Below, piece by piece: positions 8,556-18,038 of a DNA stretch of 64,000 nt (position 1 is the stretch's first letter; each line of letters opens with the position of its first letter). The notes under the pieces were generated by a model. It was not told the DNA's origin, made no database searches, and was given only the letters and a program-made list of their open reading frames with translations. The stretch covers positions 96,001 through 160,000 of the forward strand of contig CAVSHB010000004.1 of the NCBI GenBank assembly GCA_963727775.1, given 5' to 3'. The stretch comes from an uncultured Nitrospiraceae bacterium. Lineage in GTDB: Bacteria > Nitrospirota > Thermodesulfovibrionia > Thermodesulfovibrionales > SM23-35. Both the position numbers and the translations under genes were made by a program.

Positions 8556-8981
8556 TTATTCCGGAGAAAGAATCTTAAAACCTTCGGTAGATGCGGCATC
8601 ATTCAGTTTATCATCAAATGATGAAAATAACAGCGAAACATTGTCCTGATTTGCCTTCAGCAGCGTTGCAGCAGAGAGATGAACAGCATCGAAACCTCGC
8701 AAACCATATAGGTTCACCAGCCGCCCGGCCTCCAGTTCATCAAAGTCTAATGCCGCGAACCGTACCCATTCACTGGAAAACTTAGCGATCAGGGAATCGT
8801 ATTGCTTTTCAGTTAAATCACCTTGTCTGAAGCGTCTACCTATTGCCGACATCGTTTCAGGATACGCTATGCGGCAGGTGGCAACTATTTCAGCTTCTTG
8901 AACCCATTTCTTAACTAAAGCCGTGTGGGCTTCCTGAACGTATAACTTCACAAAACTACTAGTATCAAAATACACAATCAT
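8556..8981 (-). CDS. PIN-domain (VapC-like) toxin
   Basis: YFDTSSFVKLY, LRGFDAVHL and SFDDKL motifs. Confidence 0.9.
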   Translation of the reverse strand: MIVYFDTSSFVKLYVQEAHTALVKKWVQEAEIVATCRIAYPETMSAIGRRFRQGDLTEKQYDSLIAKFSSEWVRFAALDFDELEAGRLVNLYGLRGFDAVHLSAATLLKANQDNVSLLFSSFDDKLNDAASTEGFKILSPE

Positions 8982-9238
8982 CGACGTTCCTCAAGAACAG
9001 TTTTAGAAAGAGACTTGCCTTTAATTTTGATATTATCGAGCCCCTCGGGCTTTCCTCCTGACCACTTAGCCCTGCCTGAATCAATAAGTGACTTCAGAGC
9101 TTTCCTCTCTCTGGATATTGGGACAAACAAGGCAACTTCCTTGCCGTGTTCAGTTATGACGACTTCTTCGCCTTGGCGCACTCTATCAACATAACTGCTG
9201 AGTTTCGTCTTCAATTCTTTTATTCCCACAGAAATCAT
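8978..9238 (-). CDS. Phd/YefM antitoxin
   Basis: VGIKELKTKLSSYVDRVRQGEEVVITEHGKEVA; overlaps the toxin start. Confidence 0.9.
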   Translation of the reverse strand: MISVGIKELKTKLSSYVDRVRQGEEVVITEHGKEVALFVPISRERKALKSLIDSGRAKWSGGKPEGLDNIKIKGKSLSKTVLEERR

Positions 9239-9312
9239 ATTAACCTCCTTAGTACATATTATGGTTACAATATACAATAAAACTGGTTACATTAGCAATA
9301 GGAATGGCTACT

Positions 9313-9375
9313 TATCAACACGCTAAACTACCGGCTTGCTCTTATTGCCGGTCAGGTTTGACGCAGGTATTCGAC
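9313..9375 (-). other. Integron attC site
   Basis: Minus strand GTCGAAT-acctgcgtcaaacctgaccggc...gccggtagtttagcgt-GTTGATA; 8 nt after the restored DUF2726 stop; R'' nearly complements GTTCGAC at the cassette start. Confidence 0.7.
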
Positions 9376-9863
9376 ATTCTTTTTCATTGCTTATTTGCTA
9401 TTTCAGATTTGTTGCTGAAAAGGGAATTCTGGAGTTCCTGTATTGAATATTGCTGTTTCGCAGCAAAGTGAAAAACAGGGATATCAGCAGCCGCAAGAAC
9501 TTTGTCTATGAATTGGTCGCGGTATTGTCTTTTGGATTGATTATGGCTCTTGCGTCTAATTCTATTACAAATTTCACGCCGAGAGACGTGGAGTCACATG
9601 CAACAAAATCAAGGTGCTTGCTTTGAATCCGATTGAACGCTTTCTGCCATGTGCTCTTATTATTTCCTTTTTTTACTTTGACCACATCGGCAAGACGAAC
9701 TTTACCCATAATTCGCACTTTTCCGTCAACGGCTTGCTCAAGCACACCGAAAAATGACCGCTCCGCTGGCGTAAAAAGTGTCTGCTCTTTTTCGTATGGA
9801 TAATCTTCTGTATCGCCGCTTTTTCCTCTGAGAAATGTCTTTAATACTGTTGCGGCAATTCCA

Positions 9864-11204
9864 GGTAGTGTCAACTATTTTGTGTAAATTTGATAAAGGG
9901 GCAAATTGGGTCGCACCTTTCCTATTGGATTTGATCTCCAACTCAACTCCATCTTTAACGATATAAAAGCAAGAAGCCTATAACAGGCATCCTCTCCGGC
10001 TACTATCTCCATAGTCTTCGTTCTTCTCTTGAATTCCTTGTTCAGGCGCTCAATAATGTTCGACGTCCGTAATGATATCCATTCTTCTTCCGGGAACTTG
10101 AAGAATGTCAAACAGGCGTCTATTGACTGGCCTAATGATTTCACGGCTGAGGGGAGTTCTTTGCTCCACTTCGTGTAAAAGCTCCTGTAGAATTCATCTG
10201 CCTTTCCTTTTGAAGAGGCATAGAATATAGACCTCAGATCATCTGCTACTTCCTTTTTCAATTTATGAGGTACCTTCGCCAGTACATTACGGGCCACATG
10301 CACCTGGCACCTCTGCACTTTTGCATTGGGAAACTCTTCTTCAAATACTTTCTCCAGCCCAGAAAGCCCATCCATGATTCCCAGCCTCACCGATGACCCG
10401 TCGAGCCCTCTGCTTTTTAAATCCTTAAAAAACTCCCTCCAGTTCGTAGCCGATTCCTTGTCGCCGCTCTGCAGACCGAGCACTAATTTCGTTCCATCCC
10501 CTGTTACCCCTATTGCTGCAAGTACGGGGACATTCTCCACACTATACTTCAATCTCATCTTGAAGATCACGCCGTCTACAAAGATGTATTTTATTGGCTC
10601 CTGGGATAAATCACGGTTGCGCCAATTCTCTACCCCTGCCGTCAATTCCTTGCTCGCCTTGCTCACTTCTTCATGAGATATCTCACGCCCTATAAGTCTC
10701 TTGCTTAACATCGAGAGCGTCCGCGTGCTTATCCCCGTCAGATACATCATCGACAAATCCTCCGCGATCCTGGTTTCATATCGCTTCCCACGAGGCAATA
10801 CCTGTGTCTGATATTCGCCCTTCCGATCTCTAGGTACCTTTACTGCTACTTCTCCAATCCCCTTAATACAGAAGTCCCGGGGATAGCTCCCGTTGCGATG
10901 GTTGGCCTCCCCCTTGCCACGCTCATATCTTCCACGCCCTAAAACATGCGTCAGTTCTGCCTTCATCAGGTTCGTCAAATAGTTGCCTACGTCCTTTTGC
11001 ACATTCAGCGTGGCCATCTCAAATATCCTCGACGGATTCTCCTGCAATTCTTTGATTAAATTTACGACTTCTGGTACGCTAATCTTAATTTCCATGGGTG
11101 CTCCTCCTTTTGATTTTTGTTATTGGTCTAACAAAATATTTTATAGGAGGTGCGCCCTTATTTTTCCCCTCGTTTGAATTTCACACAGTCAAGTTTACAC
11201 TGTC
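9864..11204 (-). mobile_element. IS256-family insertion sequence
   Basis: TIRs GGTAGTGTCAAC / GACAGTGTAAAC; 8-bp TSD CAATTCCA at 9856-9863 and 11205-11212. Confidence 0.93.
9875..11095 (-). CDS. IS256 transposase
   Basis: RNGSY, VPRDR, QRCQVH and TSNIIERLNKEFKRR motifs. Confidence 0.95.
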   Translation of the reverse strand: MEIKISVPEVVNLIKELQENPSRIFEMATLNVQKDVGNYLTNLMKAELTHVLGRGRYERGKGEANHRNGSYPRDFCIKGIGEVAVKVPRDRKGEYQTQVLPRGKRYETRIAEDLSMMYLTGISTRTLSMLSKRLIGREISHEEVSKASKELTAGVENWRNRDLSQEPIKYIFVDGVIFKMRLKYSVENVPVLAAIGVTGDGTKLVLGLQSGDKESATNWREFFKDLKSRGLDGSSVRLGIMDGLSGLEKVFEEEFPNAKVQRCQVHVARNVLAKVPHKLKKEVADDLRSIFYASSKGKADEFYRSFYTKWSKELPSAVKSLGQSIDACLTFFKFPEEEWISLRTSNIIERLNKEFKRRTKTMEIVAGEDACYRLLAFISLKMELSWRSNPIGKVRPNLPLYQIYTK

Positions 11205-11416
11205 CAATTCCAAAGACGATCAGAATGGCAACCAATGGCCACAGACTTTGAATCATGGTTTTCTCCTTTATTTAGGTGTCGAACATGCGGCTCACCTGGA
11301 GCCAGCTTTTTCGGCGATCAGGTGCAGCCGATTGATACTCATTAAGGCCCCCCTGAACCATACCCGAATCAGGTATGATTCAGGAACCGAAATCATTTAC
11401 CAAAAGGAGGCCTCAA

Positions 11417-12463
11417 ATGAGATTTTACATCAAGCAGCACAAATTTTACTGCGGTATCGATCTTCACGCAAGGACTATGTACCTTTGCATCCTCAACCAG
11501 GAAGGAAAGATCGTCCTGCATAGGGACATCAAGACAGACCCCGACATCTTTCTCAAGACGATCGCGCCATATCGTGAGGACATCGTAGTTGCCGTTGAGT
11601 GCATCTTCACCTGGTACTGGCTCGCCGATCTCTGCTGTAAAGAGAATATTTCCTTCGTCCTTGGCCATGCTCTCTATATGAAAGCCATCCATGGCGGCAA
11701 AGCCAAGAACGACAAAATAGACGCATATAAGATAGCAGCCCTGCTTCGGGGCGGCATGATGCCCATGGCCTATGTTTATCCTTCCGATATGCGCTCCACC
11801 AGAGATCTGCTCAGGCGGCGCACTCACCTCGCAAGAAAAAGGGCTGAACTCATTGCCCATATCCAAAACACCAATCACCAGTATAACTTCGCCGATATGG
11901 GAAGGATCGCAAGGAAATGCGACAGAATCAAAGTAGGCGTTGCCGACCGCTTCACCGATCCCAGCGTACAAAAAAGCATAGAGCTCGATATCACCCTTAT
12001 CGAGCATTACGATAAACTCCTAAACCATCTCGAACATGAACTCTCTCTTATTGCGAAAGTGCATGATGCCGATTCCTATTTCCGCCTCCGCTCTATTCCA
12101 GGCGTCGGAAGGATCCTCGGCCTCACCATCCTCTATGAGATACATGATATCAACCGCTTCCCTCGCGTACAGGATTTTGTCTCATACTGCAGACTGGTGA
12201 AATCCGCCAAGGAGTCGGCTGGGAAAATAATCGGGGCATCCGGCAAGAAGATCGGCAATGCCCATCTGAAATGGGCCTTTTCCGAAGTTGCTGTGCTTTT
12301 CCTCAGGAGAAACCCAGAAGCCGTAAAATACCGCGCAAAGCTGGAGCGAAAGCACGGCAAGGCAAAGTCTCTGACCATCCTTGCTCATAAGCTTGCAAGG
12401 GCTGTCTATAATATCCTCAAGAAAAAGGAGGTGTTTAATCCTAAAGTATTCTTTGCGAAATAA
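11417..12463 (+). CDS. IS110 DEDD recombinase
   Basis: GIDLH, AVEC, KNDKIDA, SIPGVG and ESAG...KKIGN motifs. Confidence 0.95.
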   Translation: MRFYIKQHKFYCGIDLHARTMYLCILNQEGKIVLHRDIKTDPDIFLKTIAPYREDIVVAVECIFTWYWLADLCCKENISFVLGHALYMKAIHGGKAKNDKIDAYKIAALLRGGMMPMAYVYPSDMRSTRDLLRRRTHLARKRAELIAHIQNTNHQYNFADMGRIARKCDRIKVGVADRFTDPSVQKSIELDITLIEHYDKLLNHLEHELSLIAKVHDADSYFRLRSIPGVGRILGLTILYEIHDINRFPRVQDFVSYCRLVKSAKESAGKIIGASGKKIGNAHLKWAFSEVAVLFLRRNPEAVKYRAKLERKHGKAKSLTILAHKLARAVYNILKKKEVFNPKVFFAK

Positions 12464-12960
12464 AGCTGGGACCGGGTGAGCCTGTTCGTCTAACTGGCGC
12501 CATTAGGGTGAAGTCCGATAGATGCTCGTAAACATCATATGTTTGCAGCTTCGACTGCCCTTCGATCATCCTGGAATATTATGCCCGGCGCAAATACGCT
12601 TTGATTAGGACATCCGGTCCCTCATAACATATAAAGATTGTTAAGGTTCTGTCCCTTACCCGAGCCTGATACTAACTGGATGAGGCCACTGACCTGAACC
12701 AGACCTTTGAATAGGACGGTACAAGGGTACTAAATTGTTTCTAGGTCGTGGAGAACAAGGGCGATTGCTCTCTCCACTGTCGCCGGGGATAGAGATTGTG
12801 AAAACAGTTCTCTTTCTCATGGCTATTGAACCTCGATAAGTGTTTGGTGCAGACATTGATCTAACGCCGCATTTGAAACCAAGTCAGAGCTGGCGATGGT
12901 CTTTTAAAAAAAAGAAATAGAATTTTATTTTATTTCCGATCAGGATCGTTTTTTCTCTTG
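12464..12960 (+). ncRNA. Candidate bridge/seek RNA region
   Basis: About 500-nt non-coding region with duplicated GAGCCTG..TAACTGG and CTTTGA(T/A)TAGGAC modules; boundaries approximate. Confidence 0.6.
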
Positions 12961-12982
12961 ACAGGGCAGGGCCTTATAAGTG

Positions 12983-13570
12983 TTAAATGGTCTGTTCCAT
13001 CTTCTCTTTGGGTCTCTCGTCTACGTACGCATGGTAATTCTGTGAATCGGGACCCCAGTCGAAGAAAACCCCGACATCCTTATTCCTCATGGCAGTCGCA
13101 TGCTCGTCACTCAAGGACAAGTTTATGATCGAAAGGAGAAGCGGAGATCGTCTGCTTACCAAGGAAGCATAAACCTCGATAGTATAGCCGCCCGAAAGAA
13201 AATCGTAAGTAGTTCCATCTTTCGGTGTTAAGAAATGATGGTTACAGACTAGGCCGTCAATCCCGACAGTAATTCCCGAGCCACGGGCAAGAAACGTGTC
13301 TCCGTAAACCCACAGGTTGAACGTCTGCAAGGTCTCTCCTCGCTTTACTTTGACAAACATGCTCTCCACTATCTGATTCCTTCTTGACGTACTATAGAGA
13401 AGGGTTCGCAAAAAGACCTTCGACATTCCTTCGGGGTCTCGCCCGAAGAAGATCATCGTGGGTTGCGTCATCTTTATTGTGCCCTTTCTGAGAAGAGTAA
13501 GCCACGCAGTAAGCCCTGCGACAAACAGAGAGAATATGGCGATTACAATTGCAGCAATCTGGAGAACCAT
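12983..13570 (-). CDS. Hypothetical membrane-anchored protein (cassette)
   Basis: N-terminal TM helix; stop lies inside R'' ATTTAAC; core site GTTAAATGG at 13594-13602 complements CCATTTAAC. Confidence 0.8.
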   Translation of the reverse strand: MVLQIAAIVIAIFSLFVAGLTAWLTLLRKGTIKMTQPTMIFFGRDPEGMSKVFLRTLLYSTSRRNQIVESMFVKVKRGETLQTFNLWVYGDTFLARGSGITVGIDGLVCNHHFLTPKDGTTYDFLSGGYTIEVYASLVSRRSPLLLSIINLSLSDEHATAMRNKDVGVFFDWGPDSQNYHAYVDERPKEKMEQTI

Positions 13571-13636
13571 TATTTTATGCCTCTAATCTCTTTCCATTTA
13601 ACATTTACTTTTACGCATATTATATATTTGCTTAAA

Positions 13637-13665
13637 AGATTATAATTTCCCAAGTTGATTGTCAA
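13637..13665 (-). promoter_or_regulatory. Sigma70-type promoter facing the cassette array
   Basis: TTGACA-N15-TATAAT, or N17-TAATCT. Confidence 0.55.
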
Positions 13666-13764
13666 TAAAATTTACCGGAAAACCGCTGATAGGTGACTAA
13701 TAATTCTATATGCGGATCTGTTATTGATGGATGCAAAAGTAATGTCCTATCCCTGTTGCGAATT

Positions 13765-13825
13765 TGTCATTCTGGCTTGTCCAGAATCTTTCTTCCGGAA
13801 GGACTCCCGACAAGCGGGAGTGACA
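13765..13825. repeat. REP/dRS3-like palindromic element
   Basis: TGTCATTCTGGCTTGTCCAGAATC...GACTCCCGACAAGCGGGAGTGACA. Confidence 0.55.
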
Positions 13826-14295
13826 GACAGGGAGACGTTATGAGAACATTTACTTATATAGGAGTCTATAGTTTTCAGACAGGCTCTGTGTCTCTATATT
13901 TACTATTAACATACATTATTCATAATTCATAAGATTGCCGACAGATGCAGTATTTAAGCGGTTTTAAATGCTTTCGAAGAAAGAATTTACCTCGGAGGCC
14001 CGATTTGTACCGGGCCGAGAATGAGCGCAAATACTGTATTTGTCGATAGTAGCAAATTTTATGAATTAATCGGGTTAATTAATACGGAGGAGATATGGGC
14101 AGCAAAAGCTTGAGGGCAGCACCTTTGTGGGCGGCAAGATATCAAATTGGACCTGCGGTTTTAATGTTACGCGCAACAACATCGAGAAAACACAAATTCT
14201 GCATCCTCAAGGTTTTGATGCCCATATCTCCGACGTCCTGAGCCACTTTCGTAAAGACTAAAAAACGCGTATGTGTGACGGGTCTGACTAAAAGA

Positions 14296-15171
14296 TTATA
14301 GTCCGGCTTCTTCCAGAACCATAGGGACCTTCTTCTCCCAGCCGATAGCCATGATGTGGACACCCTGGCAGAGGTCTTTCATGCCCTTAATAAGTTGCGC
14401 GGCTATCTTGACGCTGGTTTTTGTCTTGTCCTTTGTCTCTTCCATCTCTTTAATGAAAGGATCGGGAACGGACACGCCGGCCACATTTTTATTCATGAAC
14501 TTGGCCATACCGGCTGATTTGAGAAGGATGATCCCGCCCATTACCGGGACCTTAAAACCTTCTACCCGTTTCATAAATTTTTCGAAGAGGTCTAAATCGA
14601 ATATGCCCTGGGTCTGAAAGAATCTTGCGCCGGCTTCGATCTTCTTCTCCATCTTAATAATCTGCATCTCCAATGCGGCTTCATTATCGGCCCCGGGGTT
14701 TACCACCGCTCCGGGAAATAATTGCGTAGCGCCCTTAAGCTGGTTACCCATCATGTCAAAACCTTCATTGAGTTTACTTATCACCCTTAACAGGCCGACG
14801 GAATCCAGATCGAAAACAGGCATCGCCTCAGGGTGATCGCCGAGTGACGGATGGTCTCCGGTTAGGGCCAGCACATTTCTGATACCCAGGACCCAGGCGC
14901 TTAACAGATCGGATTGGAGCGCCAGCCGGTTTCTGTCCCTGCATGTCATTTGGAAGATAGGATCGATACCGTGGTCCGTAAGGAGGTGGCTAACCGCCAT
15001 CGAACCCAATCGCATAACAGAGCTCTGCAGGTCGGTGACATTGATCGCATCCACTTTCCCTTTAAGGAGTTCCGCGTCTTCCAGTAATACGTCTGTATCT
15101 GTTCCTTTAGCCGGACCTATCTCAGCCGTGATAAGGAACTTGCCGGAATCTAAAGCCTCCCTCAATCCCAT
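14296..15171 (-). CDS. metF: Methylenetetrahydrofolate reductase
   Basis: TAEIGP, TCRDRNRLALQSDL, ALTGDH and GARFFQTQ motifs. Confidence 0.93.
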   Translation of the reverse strand: MGLREALDSGKFLITAEIGPAKGTDTDVLLEDAELLKGKVDAINVTDLQSSVMRLGSMAVSHLLTDHGIDPIFQMTCRDRNRLALQSDLLSAWVLGIRNVLALTGDHPSLGDHPEAMPVFDLDSVGLLRVISKLNEGFDMMGNQLKGATQLFPGAVVNPGADNEAALEMQIIKMEKKIEAGARFFQTQGIFDLDLFEKFMKRVEGFKVPVMGGIILLKSAGMAKFMNKNVAGVSVPDPFIKEMEETKDKTKTSVKIAAQLIKGMKDLCQGVHIMAIGWEKKVPMVLEEAGL

Positions 15172-15172
15172 C

Positions 15173-15856
15173 TCATTTTGATCCTTTTGCAGGCCCCTTC
15201 TTCAGCCTCAAATCTTCTCTCACCATCCTCCGGGGGCTTACAGGTCTTGTCTTCGGCTTGGTCATCCCGCTCAGGACATCAGCCATTTTTGTTTTCCCGA
15301 GTTGCGCGTATATGAGCTGCCACGCGCATGGGTTGTCCTTCGAAACCTCGCACATGCCGGCCTTTGCCCCGCCGCAAGGACCGTTGATCAACTTTTTAGC
15401 ACAACGCGCCACAGGGCATATTCCGCCTGTTTTATGGAGTATGCAGTCTCCGCACGCCGCACAAACCTCAACCCATGTACCCTGTCCGCCTGAAAGTCCG
15501 AGGAAAGTAGTATTCATCGCAGGCAAAACAGTGACCCCTTTCAGTCTCTCGGCGATACCCTGCACACCGGCCCCGCAAGCCATAGACAGGACTGCATCGT
15601 ACTGAGAAGCCTCTTCTTTTATCTGATCGATGAATTCCGGATCGCACTGCCGTAATATCGTCTTTTCTCCTGCAACAATCTCTTTGCCTTCCAGTTTCTT
15701 TGCCATCCTGATAGAAGAAGCCAGCAGTTCAACCTGCCGCTCACCACCGCTCATGCAGACGGTGACACAGGTGCCGCAGCCGAGGACCATAACTTTCTTG
15801 CAGTCCTTCAGCATCTCCTTTATCTCGTCGAAAGGTTTGAGTTCAGCGACAATCAT
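15173..15856 (-). CDS. metV: MTHFR small Fe-S subunit MetV
   Basis: GCGTCVTVC and CAACGDC...GICPVARCAKKLINGPCGG motifs; adjacent to metF. Confidence 0.88.
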   Translation of the reverse strand: MIVAELKPFDEIKEMLKDCKKVMVLGCGTCVTVCMSGGERQVELLASSIRMAKKLEGKEIVAGEKTILRQCDPEFIDQIKEEASQYDAVLSMACGAGVQGIAERLKGVTVLPAMNTTFLGLSGGQGTWVEVCAACGDCILHKTGGICPVARCAKKLINGPCGGAKAGMCEVSKDNPCAWQLIYAQLGKTKMADVLSGMTKPKTRPVSPRRMVREDLRLKKGPAKGSK

Positions 15857-17874
15857 GGCACTACCTTCTTTCCCGTACGTAAGGGATTTACACCCATGGC
15901 ATCAAGCCTCTCCCGGAAATGCTCGAAATCCTCATCTCCAGAAATGATGGCCAGTCTATCTTCTCCCAGGCCTATTTCATTTAAAATCTTTTTGGCCCTT
16001 TTTATATGTTCCTCCATCCATCGAGCGCCATCCCTGAAACGGCATGCGTCAATGGTGCACATGTGTACAGCAACACCTTCAACGCCAAGTTCAAAAGGAT
16101 AAAGTATCTCCGATTCTTTCAGATTGCCGGTGCAGTATCTTCCGAGCCAGTATATATCGTCCCTCTCAACAGGGGGGCTCAAAGGAGAATCATATCTGCA
16201 ATAGAAACCGATTACGAGGATTTCCGGCTCCTCTTCTCTTGCGGAATCCACAAGCTGATCCAATTCCGTATGCAGGTCTTCTTTTCCTATTCTTTCAATA
16301 TCTATCGCAGCTGCCGGGCATTCAGATGCGCAGATTCCGCAGGACTGACATTGACTGATATCTATTTCCGCTATCTCCCTTCCCGGGACCGGCACGCCGA
16401 AGGGACATATACGGACACAATTGAGACATGCCGCACAGGTCTCTGTAACCGATGCCCCTGCGCCGCAGTTCAGGCATCGCATGGCTTCCCTGCATGCCTG
16501 CTCCTGGGTATAGCCCAAATCCACTTCTGCAAAATTATCGATGCGTTCTTCAAACGGCAAAGTCGGCATCTTCTGTCTCTCAGATTTATTTAACAAATTA
16601 ACCACATTCTCATCTAAGGCCCGCAAAGGCTCAGCGACATGATGTCCTTTATCCGGTTCATTGCGAAAATAACGGTGTATTGCTTCAGCAGCTCTTCTTC
16701 CAGCTGCCATTGCTTCGATGACACTCATGGGACCCGTCACGACATCGCCCGCGGCAAAAACGCCCTTTATGTTGGTAATGCCCGTCTCGTCCTGAACGAT
16801 CACGGTACCCTTCCGGTTTATAGTTAAGCCATTGTGAGTAAGGGCTTCCGCGTCAGGGATATACCCGATCGCAGATATTACTGTATCAACTTTCAATTCA
16901 AACTCGCTGTTTTCTATCGGCTCCGGCCTTCTTCTTCCCGAAGCATCTGGCGCTCCGAGCTCCATCTTCACAAGCTTTACACTCCGGACCTTACCTTCAC
17001 CTACGAACCCGACCGGAGAAGTCAGGTACAGCATCTTGACCCCTTCCTTTTCAGCCTCCTCCACCTCTTCTTTGCCGGCAGGTATCTCATCCAGTGTCCG
17101 GCGATAAATAATGGTAACGTCCGGACATCCAAGGCGGACGGAGGTCCGCGCCGCGTCGATAGCGGTATGCCCTCCCCCGATAACCAATACCCTTTGTCCC
17201 AAATCCGGAACCTGTCCCCTGCATACCGATTTAAGAAATTCAAAACCGGAGATTATTCCGGACAGATCGTTCCCGTCGCACTTCGGCAATATGCTCTTCT
17301 GGCTGCCTACAGCCAAAAAAACCGCATGATAATCTTTAAGAAGTCCTTCGAGGGTAAAATCTTTGCCGAGAGAAAGGCCGGTCTCCGCTTCAATACCCAA
17401 GGATAAGATATTATCTATTTCTTGTTTTACGAGCTCTTTCGGGAGTCTATATTCCGGAATTCCTTCGCTCAATAATCCGCCGAGCACATTCCGCGCTTCA
17501 TATATAGTGACTTTGTAACCGAGCAATGCGAGGTCGTGGGCCGCTATAAGACCGGCCGGTCCGCCCCCGATTACGGCTATCTTTTCGGCGTATGAATTTC
17601 GGGGTTTTTCCAGGAGGTCCAGTTTTTTTGTCTGATCAACCGCAAAGCGTTTCAAAGCCCTTATCGAAACAGGCTTGTCCACCTGTGCGCGCCTGCAGGC
17701 CTTTTCACATAGCCGGGTGCAGATCCTTCCGCAAACAGATGGTAACGGGTTTACCTGGCGGATAATATGAATTGCTTTTTCTACATTATTTTGGGCAATA
17801 GCGGAAACATAACCGCGGACATCGGTTTTTATCGGACATGCTGCCTGGCAAGGGGGTATGGCTTTTTCACTCAT
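15853..17874 (-). CDS. GltD/NfnB-like FAD/Fe-S oxidoreductase fused to ferredoxin and MvhD-like domains
   Basis: PCQAACP, CGRICTRLCE, GGGPAG, GGGHTAID, two CxxCxxCxxxCP motifs, C-terminal GFYC..YCTG..C...CRF. Confidence 0.85.
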   Translation of the reverse strand: MSEKAIPPCQAACPIKTDVRGYVSAIAQNNVEKAIHIIRQVNPLPSVCGRICTRLCEKACRRAQVDKPVSIRALKRFAVDQTKKLDLLEKPRNSYAEKIAVIGGGPAGLIAAHDLALLGYKVTIYEARNVLGGLLSEGIPEYRLPKELVKQEIDNILSLGIEAETGLSLGKDFTLEGLLKDYHAVFLAVGSQKSILPKCDGNDLSGIISGFEFLKSVCRGQVPDLGQRVLVIGGGHTAIDAARTSVRLGCPDVTIIYRRTLDEIPAGKEEVEEAEKEGVKMLYLTSPVGFVGEGKVRSVKLVKMELGAPDASGRRRPEPIENSEFELKVDTVISAIGYIPDAEALTHNGLTINRKGTVIVQDETGITNIKGVFAAGDVVTGPMSVIEAMAAGRRAAEAIHRYFRNEPDKGHHVAEPLRALDENVVNLLNKSERQKMPTLPFEERIDNFAEVDLGYTQEQACREAMRCLNCGAGASVTETCAACLNCVRICPFGVPVPGREIAEIDISQCQSCGICASECPAAAIDIERIGKEDLHTELDQLVDSAREEEPEILVIGFYCRYDSPLSPPVERDDIYWLGRYCTGNLKESEILYPFELGVEGVAVHMCTIDACRFRDGARWMEEHIKRAKKILNEIGLGEDRLAIISGDEDFEHFRERLDAMGVNPLRTGKKVVP

Positions 17875-18038
17875 TTGTTCATTCCTCCGGCTAAACTTCC
17901 TAAAAAATACTTTGTGCCTTCGGCACCCCTATATGAATACTTTACCTCATCGACACAAAACAGTAAACGCAGTACCCTTACCTCCCTCGCGGGCATTACA
18001 TATAGTGGCTTATCTCCCTGCATTCTGCAGCTTCCACT

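Larger units (their letters stand above)
9384..11256 (-). pseudogene. DUF2726 cassette gene interrupted by IS256, with a 1-bp frameshift near 9552
   Basis: Rejoining at the TSD gives MIQSLWPLVAILIVFGI-AATVLK...LFTPAERSF...KVRLADV...KHLDFV...IELD; the shifted frame continues KSHNQSKRQYRDQF. Confidence 0.85.
11335..12982 (+). mobile_element. IS110-family (IS1111-type) element inserted in attC
   Basis: Sub-terminal IRs TAAGGCCC / GGGCCTTA; TG core at both junctions; long 3' non-coding region. Confidence 0.88.
11278..12988 (-). other. Integron attC site split by an IS110/IS1111 element (11278-11334 plus 12983-12988)
   Basis: Removing the IS gives ATTTAAC-AATCGGCTGCACCTGATCGCC-GAAAAAGCT-GGCTCCAGGTGAGCCGCAT-GTTCGAC. 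Confidence 0.88.
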
